Assembly: GCF_001194135.2 (NCBI RefSeq)
Contig: NC_068985.1
Location: 36,425,838-36,489,837 of the forward strand
Length of the DNA: 64,000 bases
Direction of reading: 5' to 3'
Source of the DNA: Octopus bimaculoides
Taxonomy: Eukaryota
Positions 38,866 to 52,286 of this stretch are shown here, piece by piece. Below the pieces are notes generated by a model. That model ran no database searches. It was not told the origin of the DNA and was given only the letters and a program-made list of their open reading frames with translations. Within the stretch, counting starts at the first letter, position 1; every line of letters starts with the position of its first letter. The position numbers were made by a program, and so were the translations under genes.

Positions 38866-39487
38866 GCCTCAATAGATATAATTTTAGTTATGATTAAACC
38901 AATTGTGGTTTGTAAAGCAGCGACAGTGACTAAATGTCACAGGCCGCTAAATCTGCATTGTCGCAAGTTTATCTTTTAAACATATAATTCATTCATGACA
39001 CAGGACCTTGAATTATCACTATCAAGTCTGTCCTAATTAAAGAATCCGAGCTTTGATGTTGGATGCGGATCTTCCTAAATCAAAATTCACCGATAGTGCC
39101 TCTACGTAGACCTACTAGAACAAATCTTTCTTTTAAAAAAAAACCCTCTTTGTTGTCTTCAAAAAAGTATATATGGGACGGAATAGTCCTCGATGTCGAA
39201 ATAGAAAGCCTGTCCACATCTGAATGCTTTTGACCAACGCTCTGCTGACTGGAGACTAAAGAGCAACAACGACCTCAATTATATGAGCTACAATTGGTCA
39301 CTCCATTTGCTAGAGATAGCTGCCATATCTCCCTCAGAATCACATCCCCACCTCCACAGCTTTAACCTTGTACCTGTTCTGTATATTGCATGTGATACAC
39401 AGGACATATTTTCGTTGTGTCCATGCATATTATATGATACACATTCCCATTTTTTTTACAAACAGAGTAACTTCGGATTTATGAAAG

Positions 39488-39826
39488 TGTAGTAACGCCG
39501 TGCGCATGCGTAGTCTCACGCATGCGTAGAATTAAACAACCAAGCGTTCCCGCTCAATTCATTCTCTTTCTTGCTGGCCAGCAATGGACGTGTCAAGAGT
39601 GTCTCTAACATTCGAACTCTGGAGACAGCCTCTTTACGTGTTAAGCTGTCTCTCTACATCTTTCGGACTTACGCTCGACAGCTCGCTCACACCTACATAA
39701 CAACGTCCCAACAACAGAAGCTGTAACACCAAGAACTAAAGATGTATATATTTACCACCTGAATAAATGTTGTTTAAGTTGATAGTCTGGAGTTCAGCGT
39801 TCCGTTATATTCCTTAATTTTATATA
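39488..39826 (+). mobile_element. Candidate solo LTR
   Basis: Starts TGTAGTAAC, GC-richer U3-like part with GCGCATGCG repeats, AATAAA at 39762-39767; 3' end degenerate, no clean TSD. Confidence 0.4.
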
Positions 39827-42800
39827 GGAAAGTCAGGTATACATCTAATGATGTATAACCCACTTTCCTATAAAAGGAAAGCGTTACATTACTCAGAACG
39901 TATGAAACAAGGGCTAAGATTGAAAACAAGCATGGACGTTTAAGATAAACTTATGAAAATGCTTTGGACAAGCAAAGGATTAAAAGAGCGCACACATTGG
40001 GTAATGTTATCCTAAGGATAAGAAAAGGACTTGTTCGCTCGAGGCTGACCTGCAGTGAAGTGAGCTAAACAACAACAGTAACTTTAACGATGGCAGTTTA
40101 TAAGGCTTTATCTTATCCACAGTAAAAACCAAAAACAACTACATTCTTGCCCGTTGTCGAGCTTATCCATAATAAAATATTCCACTCATATCATCGAATT
40201 CATATTTTATCTGAAACATAAGATTTCATTCTTGTCACGACATCTAGTTTTATTTTGTCAAGAACTCTTTTATGATTATTAATACAGCGAAATTTTCTTG
40301 AAATGTAAGCCATTACATAAACGTTACTTGAGGGAAGTGCTCGTCTGTTAAGGGGAGTGTCATCTCGCCCACCTTTTCTTTTCAGTAAATGCTCGGTACA
40401 AATGACGGCAAATATTTTAAATATGGATTGTTTTTGCAGCTGTTGTTTATTTCCAGGCCATCACTAATCGTATAGACCGATGATGAAAAATATTCTTGCC
40501 ATTATCATCTCCTTTGTTTTTCTTTTTCGGATGCTTCACTTCAGAATATGTCATCTAAAAACTAATGTAGGCCAATATACGCAACCTTAGATTTAACTAC
40601 TGGTGAACATAACATTTGTAATGTGCATACAAATATGGAACGCTAGTAGTTGTAATATTTTGACTCGGAGAGAACTCCTTGAGAAGAATTTTTGTGTTAA
40701 AAACACAGAGCTTCGCTCAAAACGTCGGTGGATCTGTAGACTTGGTGTTTCGACTTGATTTGCTCTCTTAAGTGACGAATACCCTGGATTTTCTGAGCAA
40801 AGTTTGTGTCGTTTTACGTTTGTATATACATATTTGTAAGCTATTTCTAACAGGTCGACCACATAGAGACTCCTTCATCGGCTTGTCTATATAAGATGAA
40901 CAGCTAATAAAAGAAAATCTAACAAATTTCCATATATGTTATACTTGTTTATTTTTCATGACAAATTTATTAAGCTCTGTCTTCCATAAAACAGAGTCAA
41001 TAGAAAAAAATATGATCAATGTGGATTGAAATAAATCTTCCATAAATTAAATCTAGGTTCTCATGTATCAGCTGTAGGGATCACAGAGTTGAATGACAGT
41101 TGAATAATTATCGGTTTCTACAAGGTTACACATTCTGGGAGATAGGGTGTAGAAGATAAAGTCGACTCCCAATATCCGACTGCTTCGTTTTGTGTTACAC
41201 GTTCATATCTATGTGCATACGTAGGTATACGTATATATGAATACATCCCCACTAGTAGTACTATTTTGTTAAGCGCATCTACTAAGCAGTATGAACCGTG
41301 TCTAAGGCAGATACGCACAGTGTGTATCACTCCGCTATAGATACTGTTTGTAAACATGTCAAGTAAATAAACACGTAGAATCATAATGCCTTCAGTGAGT
41401 TGTTTATTATCCCATCACGAACAAAAGAATACATAACATTATGCAAGAATGTCCTTGATGGGATTCGATCTCAGAATGTACAAAGCTGTAACAAAAATGC
41501 CCATTATGAATTTTGTCAGACGCTCTAACGATTCTGTCCGTCTCCAATCTAGTCTTTCAGAATAACAAAAAAACAAAACAAAAACAAAGAAAAAAATGCA
41601 TTAATCAAAATTCTGCAGAGAAACGCTTTTCATTCATACACATTTTCTTATAGGTTGTTGTTTAACCCCCGGTCAGTTCTCACCAAGCAGATCTAATTTA
41701 GTACATGTTTATATGAATGAGCGATTACTTTCTTTTTTATTTTTGAGTATCTGCCATAGAAATGGTACGACAGCGAAGATAATTACCAGCAGGAAGTTGA
41801 TGCGTATTGGATTACTCTGTTCATACTACACCACCACACCAGTACACTCCCACAGCACTCTAGTTCTCTGTCGGTACTTGAAAATTAAAAGAGGAAGAGA
41901 CGACCATCCGATCTTACCGACTGGCCAATACCCAATCTCACATTCCGTTATGATTAGATTTTGTTCTGAAGGACGTGACGACAGAGGAACGGGATGTAAA
42001 AAATATGTAGAGGAAAAGAAAAAAGACAGAAAGAGAAGAGAGAAAAAGATAATTGGTGAAAGAGAGAGAAAAAGAGTTAACGAGAGAGATGGAGAGAGAG
42101 AGAAGTGAGGTGTGGAAGAATGATGAGAGAAATGAGGAGAAAAAGAGAAGGAGGAAGTGTGAGGGCCATGAATTAAAAGGTAAGTAGGAAAAAGCGAAAT
42201 GCTGAGAATGAGAGGAAGGTGTAAGTTAATCTTTAAAGTTGAGCGAAACACTTAGTACTTTACGGCTTGATTGGACACTACGGATTTTTTAACAGTATGT
42301 TGTGTTAATAATATAAACAAACGATGACTAAAAAGCAGAAAGTAGCTATTTTTAGGATAAATAAACTAAGGGAAATATTGCTTCTCAAAGTAATTTGTTA
42401 TCTTATTAACCTCCGATTAGTGACAGTTCTTTGCTGTTATATAGTGACTCCCATATAACGGACGTGAATATAATATATGAATGAAAAATCTTTTATTTTT
42501 GTGAATAATCACACTGTTATTACATTTGTAACGACCTTCATGCAATAGGTGAGGTTTTAGTCGTTGACCGTTTTCCAGAGGTTTTATTAGTAGAAGACAG
42601 AACAGTATTTGGATATCCATTTCAACTTTATAAAGTGTAACTAAAAAAAGAGAAATTTCTGAAGCTCTTTGAACTTCATCCCGACATGACGTTCTGAAAC
42701 ATTCGCTTTACTTTTTCTGACAGCAACACAATAGAGCAGCACCAAAAAAAAAAAAAAAAAAAAAAAAACCCGATTGTTCATCCATTTTCATTTCTGTTTT

Positions 42801-43164
42801 CTTAAATTACAAGATACGTTTAAGATGAATTCACCTTATCTCATTTTCTGCCAACTTCCCCTATAGTTATGTTACTTCTATTTGTCCTCAGCACATGTAA
42901 CACTTAAAAGAAATTTTAAATTCAGGAACACACGTATAATACTATTACACATTTGACTTTACAAAAACAAACCTATGTATAAGCATTTTCTACAACCCAT
43001 TTACTCAAATCTTGGTTATATTATCATTTTTAAATGCATGAATTACTGTCTGCTTCAGGCCTGTATTTTACAACGTTTAGAAGAATACTATTAGACCGGT
43101 AGAGGTTTATTTCTTGAGAGATGGAAAATAAAGAAAACGTTACACACACACACACACTAGTGAA

Positions 43165-43293
43165 GCACTGGGGTCGATGTAATCGACTAGTCCCCTCCCC
43201 GAAATGTCAGGCCTTGTGCCTACAGTAGAAAAGATTATTATTACTATTATTATTATCATTATTACTATTATTATTAATATTATTATTATTATT
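43165..43293 (+). mobile_element. SINE family B 3' half with (TTA)n tail
   Basis: GCACTGGGGTCGATGTAATCGACTAGTCCCCTCCCCGAAATGTCAGGCCTTGTGCC...ATTATTATT. Confidence 0.85.
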
Positions 43294-43551
43294 NNNNNNN
43301 NNNNNNNNNNNNNNNNNNNNNNNNNNNNNNNNNNNNNNNNNNNNNNNNNNNNNNNNNNNNNNNNNNNNNNNNNNNNNNNNNNNNNNNNNNNNNAATTAAA
43401 AGACAGAAAACGTGAAAAGGAAAAACTAAAAGAATAATAAAATTTGTTAAATACCGTACGAAATACTTAACAAGCCAGATGAGAATATCAAAACAAATAT
43501 ATAAAAACCAAGTAGTAGGATCTATTCAAGTGTTAGTTTTAATATTTTCTA

Positions 43552-43744
43552 ATTTTGGTCCAAGGTTTGCAATTTTAGGTGCAAGCAAAGAATAAGTCTA
43601 TACCATCGACCCAAGTACTTGACTGGTGTTTTATTTTAGCGACCCCAAAAAGGTGAAAAGCAAAGTTAACTTAGAACGTAAAGAATAGGAAGAATTACTG
43701 TTAAGCATTTTCTCCAGCACAGTTACGATTCTACCAGCCCACCG
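43552..43744 (-). mobile_element. Diverged SINE family B
   Basis: CATCGACCCAAGTAC...TAAGCATTTTCTCCAGCACAGTTACGATTCTACCAGCCCACCG is the reverse complement of family B. Confidence 0.65.
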
Positions 43745-44335
43745 TGCTAAGATGTAGAGTAGAATTGAAGGACATCCATCTCCAAGATGTAAAAACACCA
43801 GTGTGTGTGTGTGTTTGCCTCTCTCTCTCTCTCTCTCTCTCCGTCCACGTGTGTATTGAGTGTTTTTATGCTCCGTAACTTAGCGGAAGCGACATAGCAT
43901 AAATTTCCAGCAGCAGGCGGGCAGAGGCATTTTGTGCAAGTCTTCACACTTGCTTAGTGGTCCGACAATGATATATCGATAGGATATAAATAGGTTGGAA
44001 TATGCACTGGCATCAATCTGATCTTTGAAATTCTTATAGGTAGTTTCCAAGCATGGTCACAGCAAAAGAATTAAAGTGTGAATAGACANNNNNNNNNNNN
44101 NNNNNNNNNNNNNNNNNNNNNNNNNNNNNNNNNNNNNNNNNNNNNNNNNNNNNNNNNNNNNNNNNNNNNNNNNNNNNNNNNNNNNNNNNNNNNNNNNNNN
44201 NNNNNNNNNNNNNNNNNNNNNNNNNNNNNNNNNNNNNNNNNNNNNNNNNNNNNNNNNNNNNNNNNNNNNNNNNNNNNNNNNNNNNNNNNTAGAGTAGAAT
44301 TGAAGGACATCCATCTCCAAGATGTAAAAACACCA

Positions 44336-44555
44336 GTGTGTGTGTGTGTTTGTGTGTGTGTTTGTCCCCCCACCATCGCTTGACAACCGATGCTTGTGTT
44401 TACGTTCCCGTAACGTAGCGGTTCGGCAAAAGAGACCGATAGAATAATTACTAGGCTTACAAAGAATAAGTCCTGGGGTCGATTTGCTCGACTGAAGGCG
44501 GTGCTCCAGCATGGCCGCAGTCAGATGACTGAAACAAGTAAAAGAATAAAAGAGT
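44336..44555 (+). mobile_element. SINE family A 3' half, well conserved
   Basis: GTCCCCCCACCATCGCTTGACAACCGATG...GGCGGTGCTCCAGCATGGCCGCAGTCAGATGACTGAAACAAGTAAAAGAATAAAAGAG. Confidence 0.9.
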
Positions 44556-44979
44556 AAGTTATTTAATCCTTTGACTACCCAAATCATTTTTTATCAGTTT
44601 GTCTTAAACGCCAATGTTCGTTTTCAGACTTTTAGTTAGCCCTTGTTTCATACGCTTTAAGCTTTCCATCCATAAGTCCCAAGTTACTCTGGTGGCTGAA
44701 AAAAATTAGGAATGTGAATCATACATGATGATGCCTAGACGCCAGGGAAATATGTTCTGTGTATCACTGTATTACACAGAACAAGAAAAAGGTTTGAACC
44801 TGTATGGAACACTTGACGACAACGAACCATGTGGGAAGACCCAATGGAGTCTTTAGACTTATTGGAAATCCAAATTTTCTTTATATCACTTTCCCTGGCG
44901 TCTTAGAAATAGAAAATGATACATTGGATAATGTAGTCTTTGATACGCAATGTCAGATCAAAAAAAAAAAAAAAAGCAT

Positions 44980-45358
44980 TTATCTTTTACTTGTTTCAGT
45001 CATTAGAATGAAGCCATTGCTACGGCACCGCCTTGAAGAATTTTAGTCCAACGAATCGACCAGAGTACTCATTTTTTAAAGCCTGGTACTTATTCTATCA
45101 GTCTTTTTGGGCCGAACTACTAAGTTACGGGGACGTAAATACACCAGCACCGGTTGTCAAGCGGTGACACACACACACACACATACACACACACATACAC
45201 AGAGGGTTTCTTTCAGTCTCTGTTAATCAAATCCACTCAGAAAGCTTTAGTCGGCTCGAGGCTAAGCACAAAATACTTGCCCGATGTCCCACGCAGTAGG
45301 ACTGAACCCGGAACCATGTTGCTGGGAAGCAAACTTCTTATCACACAACCACGCCTGT
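44980..45358 (-). mobile_element. SINE family A
   Basis: Reverse-complement match including GGTTCCGGGTTCAGTCC and the 3' GACTGAAACAAGTAAAAGA. Confidence 0.85.
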
Positions 45359-45489
45359 ACCTGATCACGATTAGAGTGTCTTTTATCACAGATCTGCTCA
45401 TTCAGGGATGACCTCAGGCTAAACAATAACAATAACACTAGACAAGAATAGTAATCTCGTTTAGTGATTTTAATTAAAATTTCTTATTT

Positions 45490-46045
45490 ACCATGCCAGG
45501 CGAAATGCTTAGCGGTATTTTGTCCGTCGTTGGAAGGAGAGGAGTTGTCTGTCGGAGTGTACGTTCCAAAAGATATGGAAGCATGTTGCACGAGTGTTGT
45601 GCGTGCAAGGAACCGTGCGAATAGACGGAAAAAAAGGGGGGGAAAAAAAAAAAGGTGCCAGCGATAGATCGGGGCTTGTGGGGTCGGAGCGTGGCCTGAT
45701 CATCGCTTCATTTGTGTTGTCTAACGTACTGTTAATATCATTCAATTTTTTTATATTTTATATAATTTCTAAAGTCATATTTTAAGTAAACCATTCGCAT
45801 TACTGATCCCAATCAGTTGTTTTGTACCATTCTATGTTTGGCCCCCCGTGGGCAATAAAGAAATTGGTATTTTGTCTGTCTTTACGTTCTGAGTTCAAAT
45901 TCCACCGAGGCCGACTTTTCCTTTCATCATTTCAGGGTCGATAGAATAAGTACCAGTTGAATATTGGGGTCAAAGTAATCGACTTAACGCCTCCCCCGAA
46001 ATTGCTGGCTTTGTGCCAAAGTTTGAAACTAATATTTTTATTATT
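45490..46045 (+). mobile_element. SINE family B split by a 337-bp insertion
   Basis: CCAGGCGAAATGCTTAGCGGTATTTTGTCCGTC | insertion | GGTATTTTGTCTGTCTTTACGTTCTGAGTTCAAATTCC...GCCAAAGTTTGAAACTAATA. Confidence 0.85.
45529..45865 (+). mobile_element. 5'-truncated retroelement 3' end (possibly Tx1/L1-like) with 15-bp TSD
   Basis: TSD GGTATTTTGTC(C/T)GTC at 45514-45528 and 45866-45880; the insert ends CCCCCCGTGGGCAATAAAGAAATT. Clade assignment is tentative. Confidence 0.65.
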
Positions 46046-47811
46046 TTCAGTAAGTACGGGGAAACAATTTCAGACGTGTTTGGGACTTGCAAGAAATCAT
46101 TCATTTTATTTTCAAGAGATTATTTATTTTGTTTTAGTTGCTTGTTTCAATTTAGACATTTTGTCCAAAACCTTTTTGAGTTATGAAACACGTGATTCTG
46201 GCTAGTTTCTGCTTTGATGTCGTGTCAGCTGTTTAAGAGAACATCTGAACACTTGAGTCTGGGCAGTGAGGAAATTTTCATTTGAAACCAGGATAATAAT
46301 CAACCGTCAATTTAAGTTCTAAAATAATTGGCTACATGTATACAAAACAGAGTTATGGTGAGAGAGTGATAAGGAAGAAAAATTGTATAAGTCCAGTGTG
46401 GGGGAATAGAAAGGAAAAGAGGGAATAAGAGATGTACTAAATATAGAAACAAAAGTCATAGCTTAGTCCTAATTCTTACATAATTGAGAGGTAAAACATC
46501 TGCCTAATATAGTCACTTTATGTTACTGACGTCACAAGATCCTGTTAAAGAACGTTCTTTAAAATAAAGCATTTTGTTTCAGCACATACAATATTTTGTT
46601 AATATACGTAATATTTTAAGAGAGAATTTGTCTTGAATACGACATTAAGCTGCATTTGATAGTGAGGTCCTAGTTCAGTAGTTCCTAGGTTTTGAAGAAT
46701 GTGGAACTACCTCTTAGCCGCTACAGTTCCTAGGTTCATTCTGACCCGGAGTAGTTGAACCTGTCAGGGTCCCAGCTACAAAGTAAGATGAGATTGTACG
46801 ACTTCCGTGTTATTGATAGAAAGTCATTTTAGAATCAAACGGAGTAAAATGAGTTTCAAAACAACATGAACCCCCATTTATATATGTATTCTTGTTTTTT
46901 ATATTATTCATTTGGTTCTTTATAGATTATTTTTAATAGATAACCTATATCATCATGGACGGACGGTAGACACATCGGCTCCCATGTAAGTTGCATTTTT
47001 CACCTCTTAAAAGACCTATTTTGTTTTAAAATTTTGTATAAGTTGTGTATAACACAAAATACTTCGTGAACATATATNNNNNNNNNNNNNNNNNNNNNNN
47101 NNNNNNNNNNNNNNNNNNNNNNNNNNNNNNNNNNNNNNNNNNNNNNNNNNNNNNNNNNNNNNNNNNNNNNNNNNNNNNNNNNNNNNNNNNNNNNNNNNNN
47201 NNNNNNNNNNNNNNNNNNNNNNNNNNNNNNNNNNNNNNNNNNNNNNNNNNNNNNNNNNNNNNNNNNNNNNNNNNNNNNNNNNNNNNNNNNNNNNNNNNNN
47301 NNNNNNNNNNNNNNNNNNNNNNNNNNNNNNNNNNNNNNNNNNNNNNNNNNNNNNNNNNNNNNNNNNNNNNNNNNNNNNNNNNNNNNNNNNNNNNNNNNNN
47401 NNNNNNNNNNNNNNNNNNNNNNNNNNNNNNNNNNNNNNNNNNNNNNNNNNNNNNNNNNNNNNNNNNNNNNNNNNNNNNNNNNNNNNNNNNNNNNNNNNNN
47501 NNNNNNNNNNNNNNNNNNNNNNNNNNNNNNNNNNNNNNNNNNNNNNNNNNNNNNNNNNNNNNNNNNNNNNNNNNNNNNNNNNNNNNNNNNNNNNNNNNNN
47601 NNNNNNNNNNNNNNNNNNNNNNNNNNNNNNNNNNNNNNNNNNNNNNNNNNNNNNNNNNNNNNNNNNNNNNNNNNNNNNNNNNNNNNNNNNNNNTTCCCCA
47701 AAACTATATATTTTATATATACTTTATCTATAAGGCTCAATTCAATTTTAATTTTTTATAAATTGATTTTAATTGAGTTTTTTACCTGTAATTTTGGATT
47801 TTGTCCCTAAT

Positions 47812-47843
<32 letters not shown>

Positions 47844-49669
47844 TATATAGATATATATATATATAAAAAGGGGTTTGTATGATAGTGTATAGAGGAATAT
47901 ATCATTCAAAGGAATTCCAAATCTGTCTGTTTTTTATGTTTTATTTATATTCTTATAATATTAATGTAGGATATAGAATATATAATATATTCAGTAAAAT
48001 GAAATGAAGTATTGATTGTCTTATTGAATAAATGAAACATTGAATATTGAATATTGAATATTAAGCTTTGAATATTAAGGGACTAGTATATTTTCTTGCA
48101 TTTTAGCATTCTTCAAGGTCCCATTTAGTATATAGTCCGGAAGTAAAACATACTATGATAACCCAATAGCAAATAAGAGGGGTCACTGTATCATCGATCA
48201 ACCAGCTAGAAAAATCCGTTATAAAAAAAGTTAGTATTGGAAAATGTAGTCTGTGCTAAACTATCTGAAAAGACTGGATGATTACAATCGGAGTGTTCTC
48301 GTTGTTTGGTCTGCTCAATTGCAGCAAACCTTGGGCAAAATAAGGACAGCGCCAACCCCCTTAAATATCCTCAAGCTGTATAGTAATTTCTTTATTGTGG
48401 TTCTTAAGCAGCGTCATCATTTAGGGCGTTGTGAGCTCATAAGTGGCCACTATAGGACTGGGGAGTTGAGTGTTTAGAGAGGCCGTAATTTTTGTCATAG
48501 AGAAAGTATTTAAGCCAGGAACAATGCTTATATTTTAAACACATTATCAAAACATCTTGATCATGATTAGAGTAAGAGTAGGAAATTTTGTTATCCACTA
48601 GCAGAAACATGACTAACATCGCATATAATGTCGACCTCCACTTATTGCACTGATATGTAACTGTCCTCCATTATATCTGTTCGCTTTCCTCCTTTAGCAA
48701 GGTGATTATGTCAGACTGTGTTTTGCAAGTAACCTGTCCTAAAAGAGTTTACTTCTCTGATTTAGCTGCCTGCGTTTTGTCGCTGTTGTTTAACACTAAG
48801 TCAGGCCTATGATCAAAGATGTTCTAGTCATGTCCAACATATCTTTGTATTTTGACTTTAGGTCCACATCATCCAATGTGTTCATTTTTATAGTACAGTA
48901 GGTTAAGGTTTGAGAAACGGTTGACTGCTATTTCCAGTAGGTCAATCAACGAGAAACCTTCCACATTAACTCGCCGTTTTTTTGTCAATGATTGTTCTGG
49001 TGTTACCACTTACATGATTTTTAAAATTTCATTTTGATGTTACCATTGTTATTGCTTAGCCACGATAACAGTAGAATTATAATCAAAAGCGATCCAGTTG
49101 TGACCGTCTTGTAGTATTGGCGGTCTAAAAATACATTGTCCAGTGTGCTCCTCTTTCTTTTCAGATGGTAGTATGTGACTTGAGGGAGATTTTGTGATTA
49201 CTTGTAGTAGTTAGTGCAACTATGAAAAGGCTTCCTTGTTAATTTTTATCTAGTCTTTGTTATTGTTGGTTGTGGTGTTTGCATTTGTGTTACTTTGTTC
49301 ATGTTATTCTTGTCCACTATTAGTACCGTTTACTCTTCACAGATGGAGAAAGATGTAGTTTTTATCATCGTACTAGTTTCTTGCTAGTCTTAAAACTCCT
49401 TCTTCCTATTATTTCTTCCGCCACAGTTCGTAAAAATGTGTGTTTGCTTTGTCAGCAAAGGAAAAAAGACAAATGAAATCCAAGTATTTTCTCCTTGAAG
49501 AGATTCTCTAGTTACAAGCTAAATAAAACAATGTATAAGAAAAAGAAACTTAAATCCAATTAAAATAGCCTTTCAAAAATTCGCGAAGACTCGTTTGGCT
49601 TATCTGATATATATTTATTATTATTATTATTATTACTTACAAAAAAAACGAATATAAAAATCGCCACTA

Positions 49670-50223
49670 TAGCGCGAGACAATATTTACATTGGGAAATA
49701 TGTAAACACTATCAAATCGACATTCCTTGAAGGCGAAAATATTACCATCCTCTGGTATTTTCCTGCCAACACTGATAGAGGAATCCAAGGTAATCGATCA
49801 GAAATTAGCATTAAAGACGGGAAAGAAAATACCAGTAAAATAATAGATATAAATGTCCCTACTTTTAAGAATATATATATATCTGTCAAAGAATTTGACA
49901 AATTTGGTTAATATAAGGACCCGGAAATTGAAATACAAGAGATTTGGCATTTTAAAGCGAAGATTGTCCCTATTAATGTATCAGAAATATCTCAGGAGAC
50001 ACATTTCTCAAAGAAATCCAAAAGATTGTGTTGACCAGTGCTGCCAACATCCTTAGAAAATCCCTACCAACTTAAATGCTTAATGCTGTGTTATGTGAAC
50101 ATATTTCTGCACTGTCCTCCCCAAACTTTCGATTATATATAAACACTTCTCAACCTTCACTTGTCCCAGGACGCTGGGTGTTTCCCGGTGAGTAAATGTA
50201 TCAAATCAATCACGCAAATTAAC
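49670..50223 (+). mobile_element. Degenerate R4/Dong-like 3' fragment ending in (TAA)n
   Basis: QYLHWEICKHY, ILWYFPANTDRGIQGNRSEI, IIDINVP, YKDPEIEIQEIW, LKEIQKIVLTSAANILRKSL*, followed by 3' UTR and the (TAA)n array. Confidence 0.75.
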
Positions 50224-50344
<121 letters not shown>

Positions 50345-50550
50345 GGGCAGCGAGCTGGCAGAATGGAGTGCTGAGCGGTATTTCGTCTGTTTTCATGTTC
50401 TGAGATCAAATTCCGCTGAGGTCGATTTTGCCTTTCATCCTTTCGAGTCGATAAATTAAGTATCAGTGAAACACCGGGGTCAATGCAATCGACTCGTCTC
50501 CTCCCCACAAAATTTCAGGCATTGTGCTTTTGTAGAAAGGATTATTATTA

Positions 50551-50592
<42 letters not shown>

Positions 50593-50740
50593 GAGGCGGT
50601 GAGCTGGCAGAATCGTTAGCACATCAGAGAAAATGCTTAGCAGCATTTCGTCTCTATTTACGTTCTGAGTTCAAATCCTGCCGTGGTCAACTTTGGCTTT
50701 CATCCTTTCGGGGTCGAATTTACAGCAAGTACCAGTACTA
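50345..50740 (+). mobile_element. Two tandem SINE family B copies (50345-50592 with TTA tail; 50595-50740 truncated)
   Basis: Each starts GGC(A/G)G(C/T)GAGCTGGCAGAAT immediately after a (TTA)n run. Confidence 0.9.
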
Positions 50741-50924
50741 GGCCCTGCACACATAAGACACAGAGTAACTGTCAGTACAAATAATAATAATAATGATAAT
50801 AATAATAATAATAATAATAATAATCAAAATAAAAGAAGACACAACCCTAAAGCATACGAGGTTGCGCTCGATAATACAATGAAAGCATGATGCAACAAAA
50901 ATTAGACTATTGAATAATAATGCT

Positions 50925-51361
50925 TTCTATTTAAGGCACTAGGTTTAAAATACAAGGAGGAGGGGCTAAGTCAATTACACCGACCCCAGCACTTAATTAG
51001 CACTCAATTAGTACTTATTTTATCGACTTCGGCAGAATTTGAACTCAGAAGTGAAGATGGGCGAAAGGCTGCTAAGCATTTTGTTCGGCATGCTAACAAT
51101 TCTGTCATCTCGCCACATTATGATAAAATTAATGGTAATTATAATTCTTTCCAATTTTCACTCAAGGCCAGCAGTTTTGAGGGGAGGAGAAAGTTAATTA
51201 CATCAACCCCAGTAATCAACTTGTACTTCATTTTTTATCAACCCCGAAAGGATGAAAGGCAAAGTCAACGACGGTGGCATTTGAGCTTACAGCGTAATGA
51301 GTCGGAAGAAATAACGCTAGACAGTTTATCCGACTAGCTAATGACTCTATCAGCTGGCGCC
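50925..51361 (-). mobile_element. Two diverged SINE family B copies (about 50925-51115 and 51150-51361)
   Basis: Plus-strand CCCCGAAAGGATGAAAGGCAAAGTCAACG and TTTGAACTCAGAA are reverse complements of family B. Confidence 0.8.
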
Positions 51362-51395
<34 letters not shown>

Positions 51396-51415
51396 TAACA
51401 GTGACAATAACAATG

Positions 51416-51470
<55 letters not shown>

Positions 51471-51472
<2 letters not shown>

Positions 51473-52204
51473 CCCGGATGCAGTTCCAGGCAGTGGCTAA
51501 TGCCCGGATGCAGTACCAGGCAGTGGCTCTCATGGCTTCTGATCTTAACTGATTGAAAGTGTTATCATGTACATAATGCCCGGATGCGGTACCAGGCAGT
51601 GGCTCTCATGGCTTCTGATCTTAATTGATTGGAAGTGTTATCATGTACATTGCTTTGTCTTGGTATAAAAAGATGGGCTACAGCAAATATTCTGCTCAAC
51701 ACCACAGATTTGCTTGTCAGTTGTTTGACCTTAACCAGTTGAGCATGTCCCTTGGTGGCTGACGATATGTGCATCTCTGATCATGAGCAGAAGTAGTGGG
51801 GGAGCATCATAGCCATGTGTTGAAAGGAATTCTTTGGGGTTTGAATTATTCACCNNNNNNNNNNNNNNNNNNNNNNNNTAATAATAATAATAATAATAAT
51901 AATAATAAGGTTTTAGATAATTCACCTTTGGAAACATGGGTGTTTCGTTCAACATCCTTAAACAACCCTTATTGAGGGACCTTTTGAGCGGGATGGGCTA
52001 CTCAACCCGAAGAAAATTCTAACTGGGCCCCACCGGCAAGGTCATGCTCTGTTTATCTTGATATGAGATCACCATGTCGCGCACATATGGTTGTGATGCA
52101 TGTGCCTGGTGTACCCTTATCAGACGGGTAGTCATGATGGGTATACTGGGCTTCGTATATTTTACCCCAGTGTCACTCTGATGGCATGTACTGCTCTCTC
52201 ACTC
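51471..52204 (+). mobile_element. Non-coding (TAA)n-embedded retroposon with triplicated 5' end
   Basis: Flanked both sides by (TAA)n. TGCCCGGATGC(A/G)GT(A/T)CCAGGCAGTGGCT occurs at 51471, 51501 and 51577. Interrupted at 51855-51907 by a gap and (TAA)n. Confidence 0.75.
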
Positions 52205-52286
52205 AATAATAATAAATAATAATGATTAATAATAATAATAATAATACAACGACTAATAATAATAATGATAGTAATAATAAGGTATA

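Noticed and set aside
51471-51620. CRISPR-like direct repeats
   Set aside because: Three copies are nested prefixes of one element without unique spacers, in a eukaryotic context with no cas genes.
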